Positions 7,736 through 16,698 of a DNA stretch of 20,812 nucleotides are shown here, piece after piece; the stretch's first letter is position 1, and every line of letters begins with the position of its first letter. Below the pieces are notes generated by a model. The model searched no databases. It had not been told where the DNA came from and worked only from the letters and a program-made list of their open reading frames with translations. The DNA comes from an archaeon (GTDB taxonomy: Archaea; Asgardarchaeota; Thorarchaeia; Thorarchaeales; Thorarchaeaceae), in contig JAJRZD010000092.1 of assembly GCA_024275415.1 (NCBI GenBank), positions 1 through 20,812 of the forward strand, given 5' to 3'. The position numbers and the translations under genes are program-made.

Positions 7736-8641
7736 TCAGGCAATCTCGGCTGAGCTTTGTTGTTCCTGATGATTGCTCTCTTCCATCTCCAGTGGTGTGA
7801 TTAACAACCCTTCGCCTGTGATCTTTAGCACAACACGCTTTCCAATTCCCGCAAGACGACGGACTGTTTCGGGAATAACCAGCCTGCCTTTTGCATCGAC
7901 TTCTGAGATGTCTCCGAACAGGGTGTGTTTCTGTCCTTCTATCAACCCATCTCGAATCCTCAGAACTCTGTCGGCATAGGCTGCGACTCTTGGGGAGTGT
8001 GTGACATTCACGATAGTGGTCTGAAACTCCCTGTTCATGGTCTTGAGGGTGTCCATCACCATCTTGGCAGTTTCAGTATCAAGTTCACCAGTCACCTCGT
8101 CTGCCAACAGCAACTCGGGCTTGTTTGCAAGAGCTACACAGATTGCTACCCGTTGGTTCTCACCACCTGAGAGCTGGTGGGGCTTGTGCTTCATTCGCTT
8201 TTCCAGTCCTACAGCTTCAAGAAGCAGCTTTGCTCTCTGCGCAGAAGGCCCCTTGGGAGCCCCTGCAAGTCGCATCGGTAACATGACATTCTTCAATGCT
8301 GTAAGCCCTGGGACAAGATTGCCAGTTTGCCAAACGAACCCGACTTTCTGCCTCCGGTAAAGCATCGCCCTTCGGTCATTCAACAGGGTCACGCTGTGAC
8401 CATCATAGAGGATGGATCCAGCAGTGGGTTTATCCAATGCTCCAAGAAGTTTAAGCAGTGTAGATTTTCCTGAACCTGAAGGACCGACAATGGAAAGAAA
8501 CTCTCCTGGTGCCACCTCAAAGTCAAGACCGCGAAGGGCAATGACCTCCTTCATTCCTCTCTTGTAGACCTTCATTAGGTCGCGTACCACGATTTTGTTC
8601 TTTTTGATTACTTCTTCAAGATTCTCTGACATGATTATCAC
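7736..8641 (-). CDS. ABC ATPase (LolD/MacB family) with C-terminal AbrB/MraZ-like domain
   Basis: Walker A GPSGSGKS, signature LSGGENQR, Walker B LLLADE, H-loop VTH. C-terminal EVDAKGRLVIPETVRRLAGI..V.L....GLLITP. GTG start overlaps the upstream TGA; ATG 8632 is an alternative. Confidence 0.92.
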   Translation of the reverse strand: MIIMSENLEEVIKKNKIVVRDLMKVYKRGMKEVIALRGLDFEVAPGEFLSIVGPSGSGKSTLLKLLGALDKPTAGSILYDGHSVTLLNDRRAMLYRRQKVGFVWQTGNLVPGLTALKNVMLPMRLAGAPKGPSAQRAKLLLEAVGLEKRMKHKPHQLSGGENQRVAICVALANKPELLLADEVTGELDTETAKMVMDTLKTMNREFQTTIVNVTHSPRVAAYADRVLRIRDGLIEGQKHTLFGDISEVDAKGRLVIPETVRRLAGIGKRVVLKITGEGLLITPLEMEESNHQEQQSSAEIA

Positions 8642-11481
8642 TCCGCATATTGTATTTCCTCTGCGATATTCCTCTTGAGCGCCTTGCCGGCCACAACAAA
8701 GGTTGCTCCGAGCGCAAATACAAAGCTAATCAGGAAAATAATGCCAAGTACAAACCAAGGCGCATTCAACATTACAGGGAGCCGTGTCCACATGGCCAAT
8801 GTATCAGTCCCAATATAGATTAGTGGCATATTGATAGAGTAGACGGCAAGCAGTCCTCCAAGGAGTGTTCCAATCCCCAGTGAGATCATCACGCTCATCG
8901 CGGTGTCTACCAATACTATCCGCTTTATCTCCTTGGTTTCCGTACCGAGCGCTCGCAATATAGAGAAGTTTCGCCGTAATGAGCTAATCCTGACGCTGGC
9001 AACGATTATCGCTCCAATTGAGAGATAGATGATAGTAAACAGGACATTCAGCGTATAGACTCCATATATCGATTGGCTTGCCTTCGACTCTTGGGCTTGT
9101 TCAATGCCAGTATACGGCGATTCGATAGCACTAAAGCTATATTGTGTTAGATTGTGAAGACGGTTCATGACTGACCTGTAATCAGCAGTTGGCTCGATGC
9201 TGACCAAGAACTTGTTCACACTTGAGGTGTTCAAGTATTTGTGAACGAAATCAATGTTTGCAACGACAAAATAGGACGTGTCAGGTTCGCCTTGCAAATA
9301 CTTCTGATTATCCCAAAAATCTGGAGAACGAGCCATGACATCGACAATTTTCATGTTTGTGACATTGGCCCACTTTTTAGTCCGGAAAGATATGGAAATA
9401 TCTTCCCCGTATACAGGTGTACGTGAGTAGCCTTCACCTTGGTAATGATCAACAGGTCTAAAGGACGCTAGAACATTGTTCTCATCTTCTAACATCTTGG
9501 ATACTGCAAGACTTGGCTCATTCTCAAGTGTAAAGTAGGATAGCCAAAATGCAGATTCAAGCCAAGTGCTTGGATCAACACCGTAAATGAGCATGGATTG
9601 GTTAACAAAATCCCTAGAATAATAATAGGACGTATAGAATGAAACATATTGGTATATCTTGAACACTGGAGTGACTGAAGCCACGCCTTCAACTGCGGTG
9701 ATGTTATCCAAAAAGTCCAGTGTCACGTTCGTTAGTCCCTCCTTGACAGTGATTGAGATATCAGCACCAGTGTAGAACTTGTACACGGATTCAGTATGAA
9801 CGGATGCTGTTTCTGCGGATATCCCCGACATGACGGATACAGTGAACACAAGGGCTATGAATATCACACCCAGTGCTTCGCTTTTCTTATACGAGAGAAG
9901 GGTTCGTGACATGACCTTTGCTCCTACTCTTGCCGTCCGCATCCCAATCTTTCCAAGGATTGATGCTTTGATAGTTGCAGTCGGTCTCGCTAGGAGCCGC
10001 GAGAAAGAAAGCACGAATATTGCCATCATGGGAATGAGCATCATCAGGAGGAAAACTTGCATCTCTCTGAAATATGATACATATGAGATCAGAGTAAGGA
10101 TTGGCACAAGGATGTATCCTGCAATACCTAGGGCTACTACATCCACCATGACGTTACCTAGGTTCTCCTTTGAGAGCAAGACATCTCGCTCCACCACTGA
10201 ATGAGCTTCGGTGGCGGTCATAAGAAAAGACCTTACCGCCATTGGTAAGGCTGTCAGCAATCCGACTCCAAACGCAAAGACGAAAACAGCAGCTAGTGAT
10301 GGGAGAGATGCTATTATTGCCAGACCGGACAACCGCGTGAAATCAAAAACGAGCAGCAATTTCACTGTTGTCGAAAGTAATGCAGAAGCCCACCCAACGA
10401 GGAGCGCGCCCAGAGAACCTATCAACCCTGTGACTACAGCACTTCCGACGATCCAGTTGAACGCCTGCCATCCAGAGGCTCCACGGGTCTTGATTGTCCC
10501 GATATCTCTTCTGATTTCATCCGTGTGCAGCGTAGAGTTGTAGTATACAAGTAGGATGCCCATTACAATGGTCGGGATTGAGAATGCAAAGGCTAGCATC
10601 GTCATTGATAAGTACCATGCTTGATACTGTCGTATCGCATCACGAAGTTCGAATGAAGTGACAATTGCATAAGGAAGTGCATTTTGCTCAAACTGTCGTC
10701 GGATACTATCCAACGAATCGAACATGTTCTCGTCGTTCTGGTCAATGACGGAGTTCTCATTTATTGAAACCCAATACTGCTCAGATATGGCAAACGATTG
10801 TCCATATCCGATACTAGAGAAGTCTGTGTTAATCGCATCTTTGGTGGTAATCATGACAAGAGATGTATCACTGTCTGAGTACTCTTCGTAGTAGTAGTAG
10901 TATTCGTTTTCAAAAATGTTTGATTTGAAAGTGCCGACAATCAGGTACGATGCATTGACCTGGATCTCGTTCCAATACTCATCGTATGTTGTGACAGTCG
11001 CGTTGTAATAGTCGCCTATCGAGTACCCCCATTTATTGAAGAAACCTATCTCCAGATAGCAAGTGTCATTTGAAAGCGGGGGGACGTTGGATTCGAAATC
11101 CACCACACTCGGGAATGTATCGAAAAACGAGTCTTCGACTCCAAGATATACTGCCCTCGAGTAATAGTAATACCCCCCTTCATCGTATTCAAGAGTCACA
11201 TACGTATCCAAGACACTTAAAGGCTCGACTTCATCAACATAACTTGACGCCAAGAGTGCCTCAATATCCTCAATGCGTGTAGTATTCTGCTCATAGAATG
11301 CAGATGTGATAGCAATTTCCATATCGACATCCAAATTCTGTGTGAGATCGCTCAGGACTTTGGGACGTGTGTTTTCCATGTAGAAGAGGATACCACCAAC
11401 TATCCCTGCGGATAGTGAGAATATGAGGAACGTCGCTAGTATTTGAGGTTTCTTTGCTAATAGACGGGAAAGTAGGAACAC
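8638..11481 (-). CDS. Large FtsX/MacB-family ABC permease
   Basis: 947 aa with two repeats of TM + large extracytoplasmic domain + 3 TM. FtsX-type motifs RRDIGTIKTRGAS and RRNFSILRALG. GTG start overlaps the upstream TAG (TAGTG). Confidence 0.88.
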   Translation of the reverse strand: MFLLSRLLAKKPQILATFLIFSLSAGIVGGILFYMENTRPKVLSDLTQNLDVDMEIAITSAFYEQNTTRIEDIEALLASSYVDEVEPLSVLDTYVTLEYDEGGYYYYSRAVYLGVEDSFFDTFPSVVDFESNVPPLSNDTCYLEIGFFNKWGYSIGDYYNATVTTYDEYWNEIQVNASYLIVGTFKSNIFENEYYYYYEEYSDSDTSLVMITTKDAINTDFSSIGYGQSFAISEQYWVSINENSVIDQNDENMFDSLDSIRRQFEQNALPYAIVTSFELRDAIRQYQAWYLSMTMLAFAFSIPTIVMGILLVYYNSTLHTDEIRRDIGTIKTRGASGWQAFNWIVGSAVVTGLIGSLGALLVGWASALLSTTVKLLLVFDFTRLSGLAIIASLPSLAAVFVFAFGVGLLTALPMAVRSFLMTATEAHSVVERDVLLSKENLGNVMVDVVALGIAGYILVPILTLISYVSYFREMQVFLLMMLIPMMAIFVLSFSRLLARPTATIKASILGKIGMRTARVGAKVMSRTLLSYKKSEALGVIFIALVFTVSVMSGISAETASVHTESVYKFYTGADISITVKEGLTNVTLDFLDNITAVEGVASVTPVFKIYQYVSFYTSYYYSRDFVNQSMLIYGVDPSTWLESAFWLSYFTLENEPSLAVSKMLEDENNVLASFRPVDHYQGEGYSRTPVYGEDISISFRTKKWANVTNMKIVDVMARSPDFWDNQKYLQGEPDTSYFVVANIDFVHKYLNTSSVNKFLVSIEPTADYRSVMNRLHNLTQYSFSAIESPYTGIEQAQESKASQSIYGVYTLNVLFTIIYLSIGAIIVASVRISSLRRNFSILRALGTETKEIKRIVLVDTAMSVMISLGIGTLLGGLLAVYSINMPLIYIGTDTLAMWTRLPVMLNAPWFVLGIIFLISFVFALGATFVVAGKALKRNIAEEIQYAE
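10888..10902 (-). repeat. (TAC)5 trinucleotide run encoding YYYYY inside the permease
   Basis: The plus strand reads GTA five times at 10888-10902. Confidence 0.85.
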
Positions 11482-14288
11482 TACACATCACCTCCGTATG
11501 GACCACTCTCAGCCCATGAAGCGTTAAGTGCTTCAGACAGGTTTATTCTCGTACTCAAGATTGAAACTACAAGTGCAAAGAGGATTGCCGTGCCAACGAA
11601 GAATAATAGCACCGTAAGCATCGTCAACATTGGGAATACTGGATAGACCGACACCGGGAACGTATATACCGACGTCCTAATCCCAATCAGTGTGTTGATG
11701 ATGTAGAGAGGCCCAAATACAACAAGCAACAAAATGCTTGCGAGAATCAACATTGATATTTCAGCCAACTGTGCTTTAAGCACTAATCTTCTGCTTCCGC
11801 CCATAGACCTGATGAGAGCTATCTCTCGTTTTCTCGCAGTGACCCCTTCAAAGGCGTAGATGATGAAACCTGCGAAAATCACTGCAGACGTTGCAATCGA
11901 CAACAATGTATCAACAGCCCTATCAATCCTATAGGCGGTGCTGGATGTGAACGATTCAACTTCGTATGTGACCGCGGCCCATCCATTTTGTTCAGGAAAC
12001 ACTGTATCCCCACCTTGACTGAGAATGTCCTGAACGAACGCGGTACCATTCACTCCTTTCTTTGTCCGTACACACAGAATGTTCTCAGTGTCGTTTGCGA
12101 GAGATACTAATGAGCCCAAGTACTCGTTGTTGACCCAGAACGTATTAGTACCGACTGAAGTATCATAGAAGTAAAAACCGTAATCTGGGTTCGACCCTGT
12201 ATCCAGAAGCATTGAGTTTGATAGTGCGTCTGCAATTCCCACAATTGTGAACACAAAGAATTCAGATGAGTCGTAGTACGAGAATGCGCGAATCGAATCT
12301 CCTGTGGATAGATCATATTTGGCAGCTATATCAGAAGTGATGATTGCACCACTGGGAGTTGCTGCAAGAGTTTCCATCAGAGGCGAAAGGTCGCTTGAAT
12401 TTAGCTGGACGCCCCATTGGTCATAGCCTACATATTGAAATTCAAGAGGGTTCATCCCTACTATGTAGGCACGATCATAGTACTCAGATGACAGAATCAC
12501 CTTTATTTTGTTTATTGTGGTCGCAGCAGCAGTGGACGCATGGGCTGTCACATTCGCAGTAAAGTTTGTCCAAGCCGGAGTAGGATAGCTTCCAAGATGA
12601 AATGCCACATCCCCTCCAAATGCGAAACGGCCATGATTTTGTTTTGTCAACGGCATTGAACTATCAATTACAGAGTACGTCCATGATATGCTGATTGCAA
12701 GGACAAGGATCAAGACGGTAATGCCACCTGATGAAGCGCCCTTTCCAAGTCGTCGTACCCCAATTGACGAGGGTAAGATGCCCACAATCCTATTCATGCC
12801 TCTCGATAGGATATTCGCCCCCCTGCGAAGGCCTTTGATGGTCAAGCTTCCTAGCGATACGAGTAGTACAAGAGGCATAATTCCGGCTAGCATCGCCAAT
12901 AATGGAGCATATTGCAGTGCTCGACCCAAACTCGATAGACCGATCAGCATGAGAGCAGATAGGACGAATAATATGACGTCCCACCGTATTATTGCAAGAA
13001 TCCTTGCCACTTTCTCAAGCTTGCCTGTACTCTCATCGACTTTCCGTTTTGTAGAGTAAATCCCATTGTATCCAATCCAAGTGAACAGAGGAAGGAGTAC
13101 TCCTATCACGACTGCAAAAATGATAGACTCCACGCTTATCAAGAATGGCTCAGTGAAGAATAGAGATACATCAAACTTGAAGAATCCTGTCGATGCCAAG
13201 CCGATTCTACTGAGCAGAACTCCTACTCCCAGACCAACCAGTGTGCCTATAATAGTAAGAAACGCTATCTCTTTGAGGATTCGCCGTTCGATATCAGAAC
13301 GGGCAGCACCTCTTGACATCAGCATACTGTTTTCATAGCGACGGTCATTCATGTTAAAACGAATGGACAGAAACACCACAAGCACGACCAAAAGTATGGA
13401 TGCAGCAGACCGGATAATCTGGGTGAACCTAGTCATTGTCTGCCAATTGATATAGTCTGATACGGCTCGTGCTAAAAAGTCATTCACCCATATATTGTAC
13501 GAGTAGTATTCTGGAGGGTTATAAAGTGGATCCATCTCACGGATTGATTCTTCAATATTCAGCAGATATGACAGCGACTGCTGAGGATTGAACGGAGTCA
13601 GCTGCGTCCTGTCTACATCTAATGAAATCTCTGTTTCGAGATAAAGGTCGTATCCATCGACCAACTCAGGTACAACTAATGCTGTTGTTTCGCCCCAGTA
13701 CCCGTACCCATAGCCGTACTGGGAGGATATGGAATCTGTGAAGATACCGCATATTGTCAGGAGTCGATAGACACCCTCTATCTCGCCATAGGGTGAGATT
13801 GTTTCTTCGATTGTATAGTTTAGCGTATCACCAATCCAGATATCCATTGATTCTGCCAGGATCGGTGAGATTGCAATTGAACTCGTGTTTTCTGGGATGT
13901 GCCCTTCAACAAACTGGAACCTGTCTGGAAATATTTCAGAGTATTCTTCTGAAACGATTCCAACCCTTGCATAACTCCCATAATAGTAGTCATTATCTGC
14001 TCCGCCGACATTGGCGACCGTTGTATGGACATATTCCATCGAGGCAGCATGTGTCACCTCTGGAAGGTTTGTGATTTCGTCCACATAACGTTGTACAGAT
14101 TCGCCTCCAACGGTCATCGCAACAGGCCCTACGTTCCCAACACGGTCGTCCCATTCGTGAATCGAATAGGAATCGATATACACGAAAATGCCCATTGCCA
14201 TCGCAGACGCGAGAAATAGACAGAGTAGAGAGATAGATTTTCTACGCATACCCTGTAGTGCCTCATAACCAACTGGAATCGCAGACAT
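11481..14288 (-). CDS. Large FtsX/MacB-family ABC permease
   Basis: 935 aa with the same duplicated architecture. Motifs RRYENSMLMSRGA and RKREIALIRSMGG. SD-like GAGGGA upstream. Confidence 0.88.
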   Translation of the reverse strand: MSAIPVGYEALQGMRRKSISLLCLFLASAMAMGIFVYIDSYSIHEWDDRVGNVGPVAMTVGGESVQRYVDEITNLPEVTHAASMEYVHTTVANVGGADNDYYYGSYARVGIVSEEYSEIFPDRFQFVEGHIPENTSSIAISPILAESMDIWIGDTLNYTIEETISPYGEIEGVYRLLTICGIFTDSISSQYGYGYGYWGETTALVVPELVDGYDLYLETEISLDVDRTQLTPFNPQQSLSYLLNIEESIREMDPLYNPPEYYSYNIWVNDFLARAVSDYINWQTMTRFTQIIRSAASILLVVLVVFLSIRFNMNDRRYENSMLMSRGAARSDIERRILKEIAFLTIIGTLVGLGVGVLLSRIGLASTGFFKFDVSLFFTEPFLISVESIIFAVVIGVLLPLFTWIGYNGIYSTKRKVDESTGKLEKVARILAIIRWDVILFVLSALMLIGLSSLGRALQYAPLLAMLAGIMPLVLLVSLGSLTIKGLRRGANILSRGMNRIVGILPSSIGVRRLGKGASSGGITVLILVLAISISWTYSVIDSSMPLTKQNHGRFAFGGDVAFHLGSYPTPAWTNFTANVTAHASTAAATTINKIKVILSSEYYDRAYIVGMNPLEFQYVGYDQWGVQLNSSDLSPLMETLAATPSGAIITSDIAAKYDLSTGDSIRAFSYYDSSEFFVFTIVGIADALSNSMLLDTGSNPDYGFYFYDTSVGTNTFWVNNEYLGSLVSLANDTENILCVRTKKGVNGTAFVQDILSQGGDTVFPEQNGWAAVTYEVESFTSSTAYRIDRAVDTLLSIATSAVIFAGFIIYAFEGVTARKREIALIRSMGGSRRLVLKAQLAEISMLILASILLLVVFGPLYIINTLIGIRTSVYTFPVSVYPVFPMLTMLTVLLFFVGTAILFALVVSILSTRINLSEALNASWAESGPYGGDV

Positions 14289-14297
14289 GTAGATCCC

Positions 14298-14999
14298 TCA
14301 CTCATTGTTCACGATCTTGCCATCACGCATGTTGTATACTCGGTCCATCTTCGCACCAACATCAGGGTCGTGGGTGACTACAAGAAGTGTCCCGCCTTCC
14401 TTCTTTGTAAGGTCAAGGAGGACACGCATGATCTCTTCTCCGGTTTGTGTATCGAGGTCGCCTGTTGGCTCGTCAGCTAGAACGACTATTGATCTTGTTT
14501 CTTCAGGGGGTTTTGCCAGGGCCCGTGCTATGGCGACACGTTGTTGTTCGCCCCCACTCAGCTCATCAGGACGGTGGTCTGCCCGTTCTGATAGTCCCAC
14601 AATCTCAAGGAGGTAATCGACACGTTCCTTTCTTGTTTCTTCTTCCACTCCTGCAATCAGCAATGGGAGTTCTACATTCTCGTATGCTGTCAGAACTGGC
14701 AGTAGATTGAAGAACTGAAAAACAAAGCTAATCTTGTTGCGTCGAATTCGTGTAAGCTCATTCTCCTTCATGGATGTGATGTCGATACCGTCAATACTGA
14801 CAGTCCCACTTGTCGGACGGTCAAGTGCACCTATGAGGTTGAGAAGAGTTGTCTTGCCTGAGCCCGATGGACCCATGATCCCTATTGCCTCGCCAGGTTT
14901 CACCTGCAATGTCACACCTCGCAGGGCAGCAACCTCAATCTCACCCATCTGGTATATCCTAGAAACACCATTTACGTCTACGATGAAATTCTCGCTCAA
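14298..14999 (-). CDS. ABC ATPase (LolD/MacB family)
   Basis: 233 aa. GPSGSGKT, LSGGEQQRVAIARAL, VLADEPTGDLD, VTHD. TTG start preceded by GGAGAGGG. Confidence 0.95.
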   Translation of the reverse strand: MSENFIVDVNGVSRIYQMGEIEVAALRGVTLQVKPGEAIGIMGPSGSGKTTLLNLIGALDRPTSGTVSIDGIDITSMKENELTRIRRNKISFVFQFFNLLPVLTAYENVELPLLIAGVEEETRKERVDYLLEIVGLSERADHRPDELSGGEQQRVAIARALAKPPEETRSIVVLADEPTGDLDTQTGEEIMRVLLDLTKKEGGTLLVVTHDPDVGAKMDRVYNMRDGKIVNNE

Positions 15000-15269
15000 T
15001 AGGAACCCTCTCCGAATTCAAGTCATGCTTGCGTGTGAAGCAATTTTAGGGTTTGCGTTTACGTAATCGGGGGAGAATTTGATATTATTCTATGTTTTGG
15101 AACAGGTGTTCGAAATCATAGACATGTAAAAGATATCACGCTACTCGCCGATGTCATCTTGGATATGTGCTCTCCAACTGGTATATCATACTCGCAGCTG
15201 AAACACCGAATTCATCGTACTAATAGATAGGAATGAAACGATGACTTGAATAGCGGATGAGCTTTAATC

Positions 15270-15389
15270 TTATTGAGAAAGGAGTACAATCCTGAACCGG
15301 ACAAGTTGAGTTAGTCCTAATCCACTATGAGGTTTGTAGTATTCCTTGACGACACAACTATCAATCTCCGTTCTCATCCAATCGTACAT
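15270..15389 (-). CDS. Candidate 39-aa small protein upstream of the ABC operon
   Basis: ATG at 15389 preceded by AAGAGGT-aatc; translates MYDWMRTEIDSCVVKEYYKPHSGLGLTQLVRFRIVLLSQ, stop TAA. No recognisable motif. Confidence 0.2.
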   Translation of the reverse strand: MYDWMRTEIDSCVVKEYYKPHSGLGLTQLVRFRIVLLSQ

Positions 15390-15623
15390 GATTACCTCTT
15401 TTTCGTGACGCTCCACTAACCACACTCTCATCACGTTCCTATTGAAACTGATCGAATAAAATGTAATGCCTCAGAATGTACCTATTGTTGTTGTAAGATA
15501 TCAATGATGTTTGTCAAATACTCATCAGCATTCTGGCTGTCTTTACAATATTCCAAGAAAACCATGCTCTATAGGGCATAGATTTATTTCCGTTTATGTA
15601 TTCTCTGTTCATAAAACAATAGA

Positions 15624-16280
15624 ATGAGCGAACGTATGATGTCCAAGACCGAATTCCCCATGAGGCATGAGTTCTTTAGTGTCAAGGGTGCAATATCTGG
15701 CGCAGCTGTAATAATGCTTTCACTGTTCGCTCAATCCATGATAAGTTTCCCCCAAGTATGGACGGAACAGCCCGTCCAGTTCCTAGGATTCATCATCTCG
15801 TCGGGACTGACCGTGGCAATTGCTTCTGGCGCTGTGCTGGTCTATCTGTATCCTCCAGATCAGGATGTGATAGGCGTTGCTGCTTTGGGTAGTGACGACC
15901 TGACACAACACATTGCTCTTTTCCTAGTCATAACGTCACTCATCGAACCTATACTGGCAGGGTTTGTGTTCTTCTACGAGTACTTTGGTACGGATCCATT
16001 TGTTATCATCTGGGTTATGGCTGGCTTTGCTGCACCAAGTATAGGGTTTACAGTCAGCATGTTCGATAGGACTTCGGCCATTGCAGCAGATCTCAGACGA
16101 CACTTCACCAAACATTCGACTCTCGATCTCTCCGAGCTTGATTGGTTACATGGACTGGGACCCAGAACATCAGTATATCGAATGGGGATGCTTGAAAATG
16201 CTGCATCTAAGGTTGAGGGACTAAGGATTCGCGGGCACCTTCTAGTCAAGGAAAAAGATCAATTCGTGATTCCTAGTTAG
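15624..16280 (+). CDS. Hypothetical membrane protein (about 4 TM + soluble C-terminal domain)
   Basis: 218 aa. Four hydrophobic segments followed by about 70 hydrophilic residues. Confidence 0.75.
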   Translation: MSERMMSKTEFPMRHEFFSVKGAISGAAVIMLSLFAQSMISFPQVWTEQPVQFLGFIISSGLTVAIASGAVLVYLYPPDQDVIGVAALGSDDLTQHIALFLVITSLIEPILAGFVFFYEYFGTDPFVIIWVMAGFAAPSIGFTVSMFDRTSAIAADLRRHFTKHSTLDLSELDWLHGLGPRTSVYRMGMLENAASKVEGLRIRGHLLVKEKDQFVIPS

Positions 16281-16289
16281 TTGGATTAC

Positions 16290-16604
16290 TCAGCTATGAC
16301 GTTTTTGTATGTGAACTAAGAGACCCTCTTCAGTCCACGCTACCCATTCACACTTCAGGCAGCTGAATTTACTACTTCCGAGTCCGAATCGTGGAGCGGC
16401 CTTTGCTTTGAGTTCGTATATCGTGCCCCCATATCCACTGCTTTTCTTGGTGGTGATCTTGAATCGTTTCTCAAAGCATTCTTGACAGATACCCAGTTTT
16501 TTCATCTCATCGACCATGAAACTGTCCTCAAGTGTCTTGACAGATGGGAGGGAGCCAATATCGTTCCCGCAACTTTCACAGTGATTTGCAGTTATGATGA
16601 CCAT
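16290..16604 (-). CDS. Two-zinc-finger protein (CxxC-x27-CxxC plus C-terminal C2H2)
   Basis: 104 aa from ATG 16604 (preceded by AGGAAG): C9ESC12..C40QEC43 and F-S-C82LKC85-x12-H98-x4-H103. The longer ORF from 16814 overlaps the GTPase gene, so the upstream part is probably non-coding. Confidence 0.8.
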   Translation of the reverse strand: MVIITANHCESCGNDIGSLPSVKTLEDSFMVDEMKKLGICQECFEKRFKITTKKSSGYGGTIYELKAKAAPRFGLGSSKFSCLKCEWVAWTEEGLLVHIQKRHS

Positions 16605-16698
16605 CTTCCTAGTCGGTTGTCGTGCCAATTGCAATATCATTAGATATACGGCAGACGCCTTATTTCTTTTGTCTGGTGGTAATCGGATTGATAAAGAG

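Noticed and set aside
12187-12197. GGGTTCGACCC resembling a tRNA T-arm
   Set aside because: The loop is only 5 nt, it lies inside a permease gene, and there is no surrounding cloverleaf.
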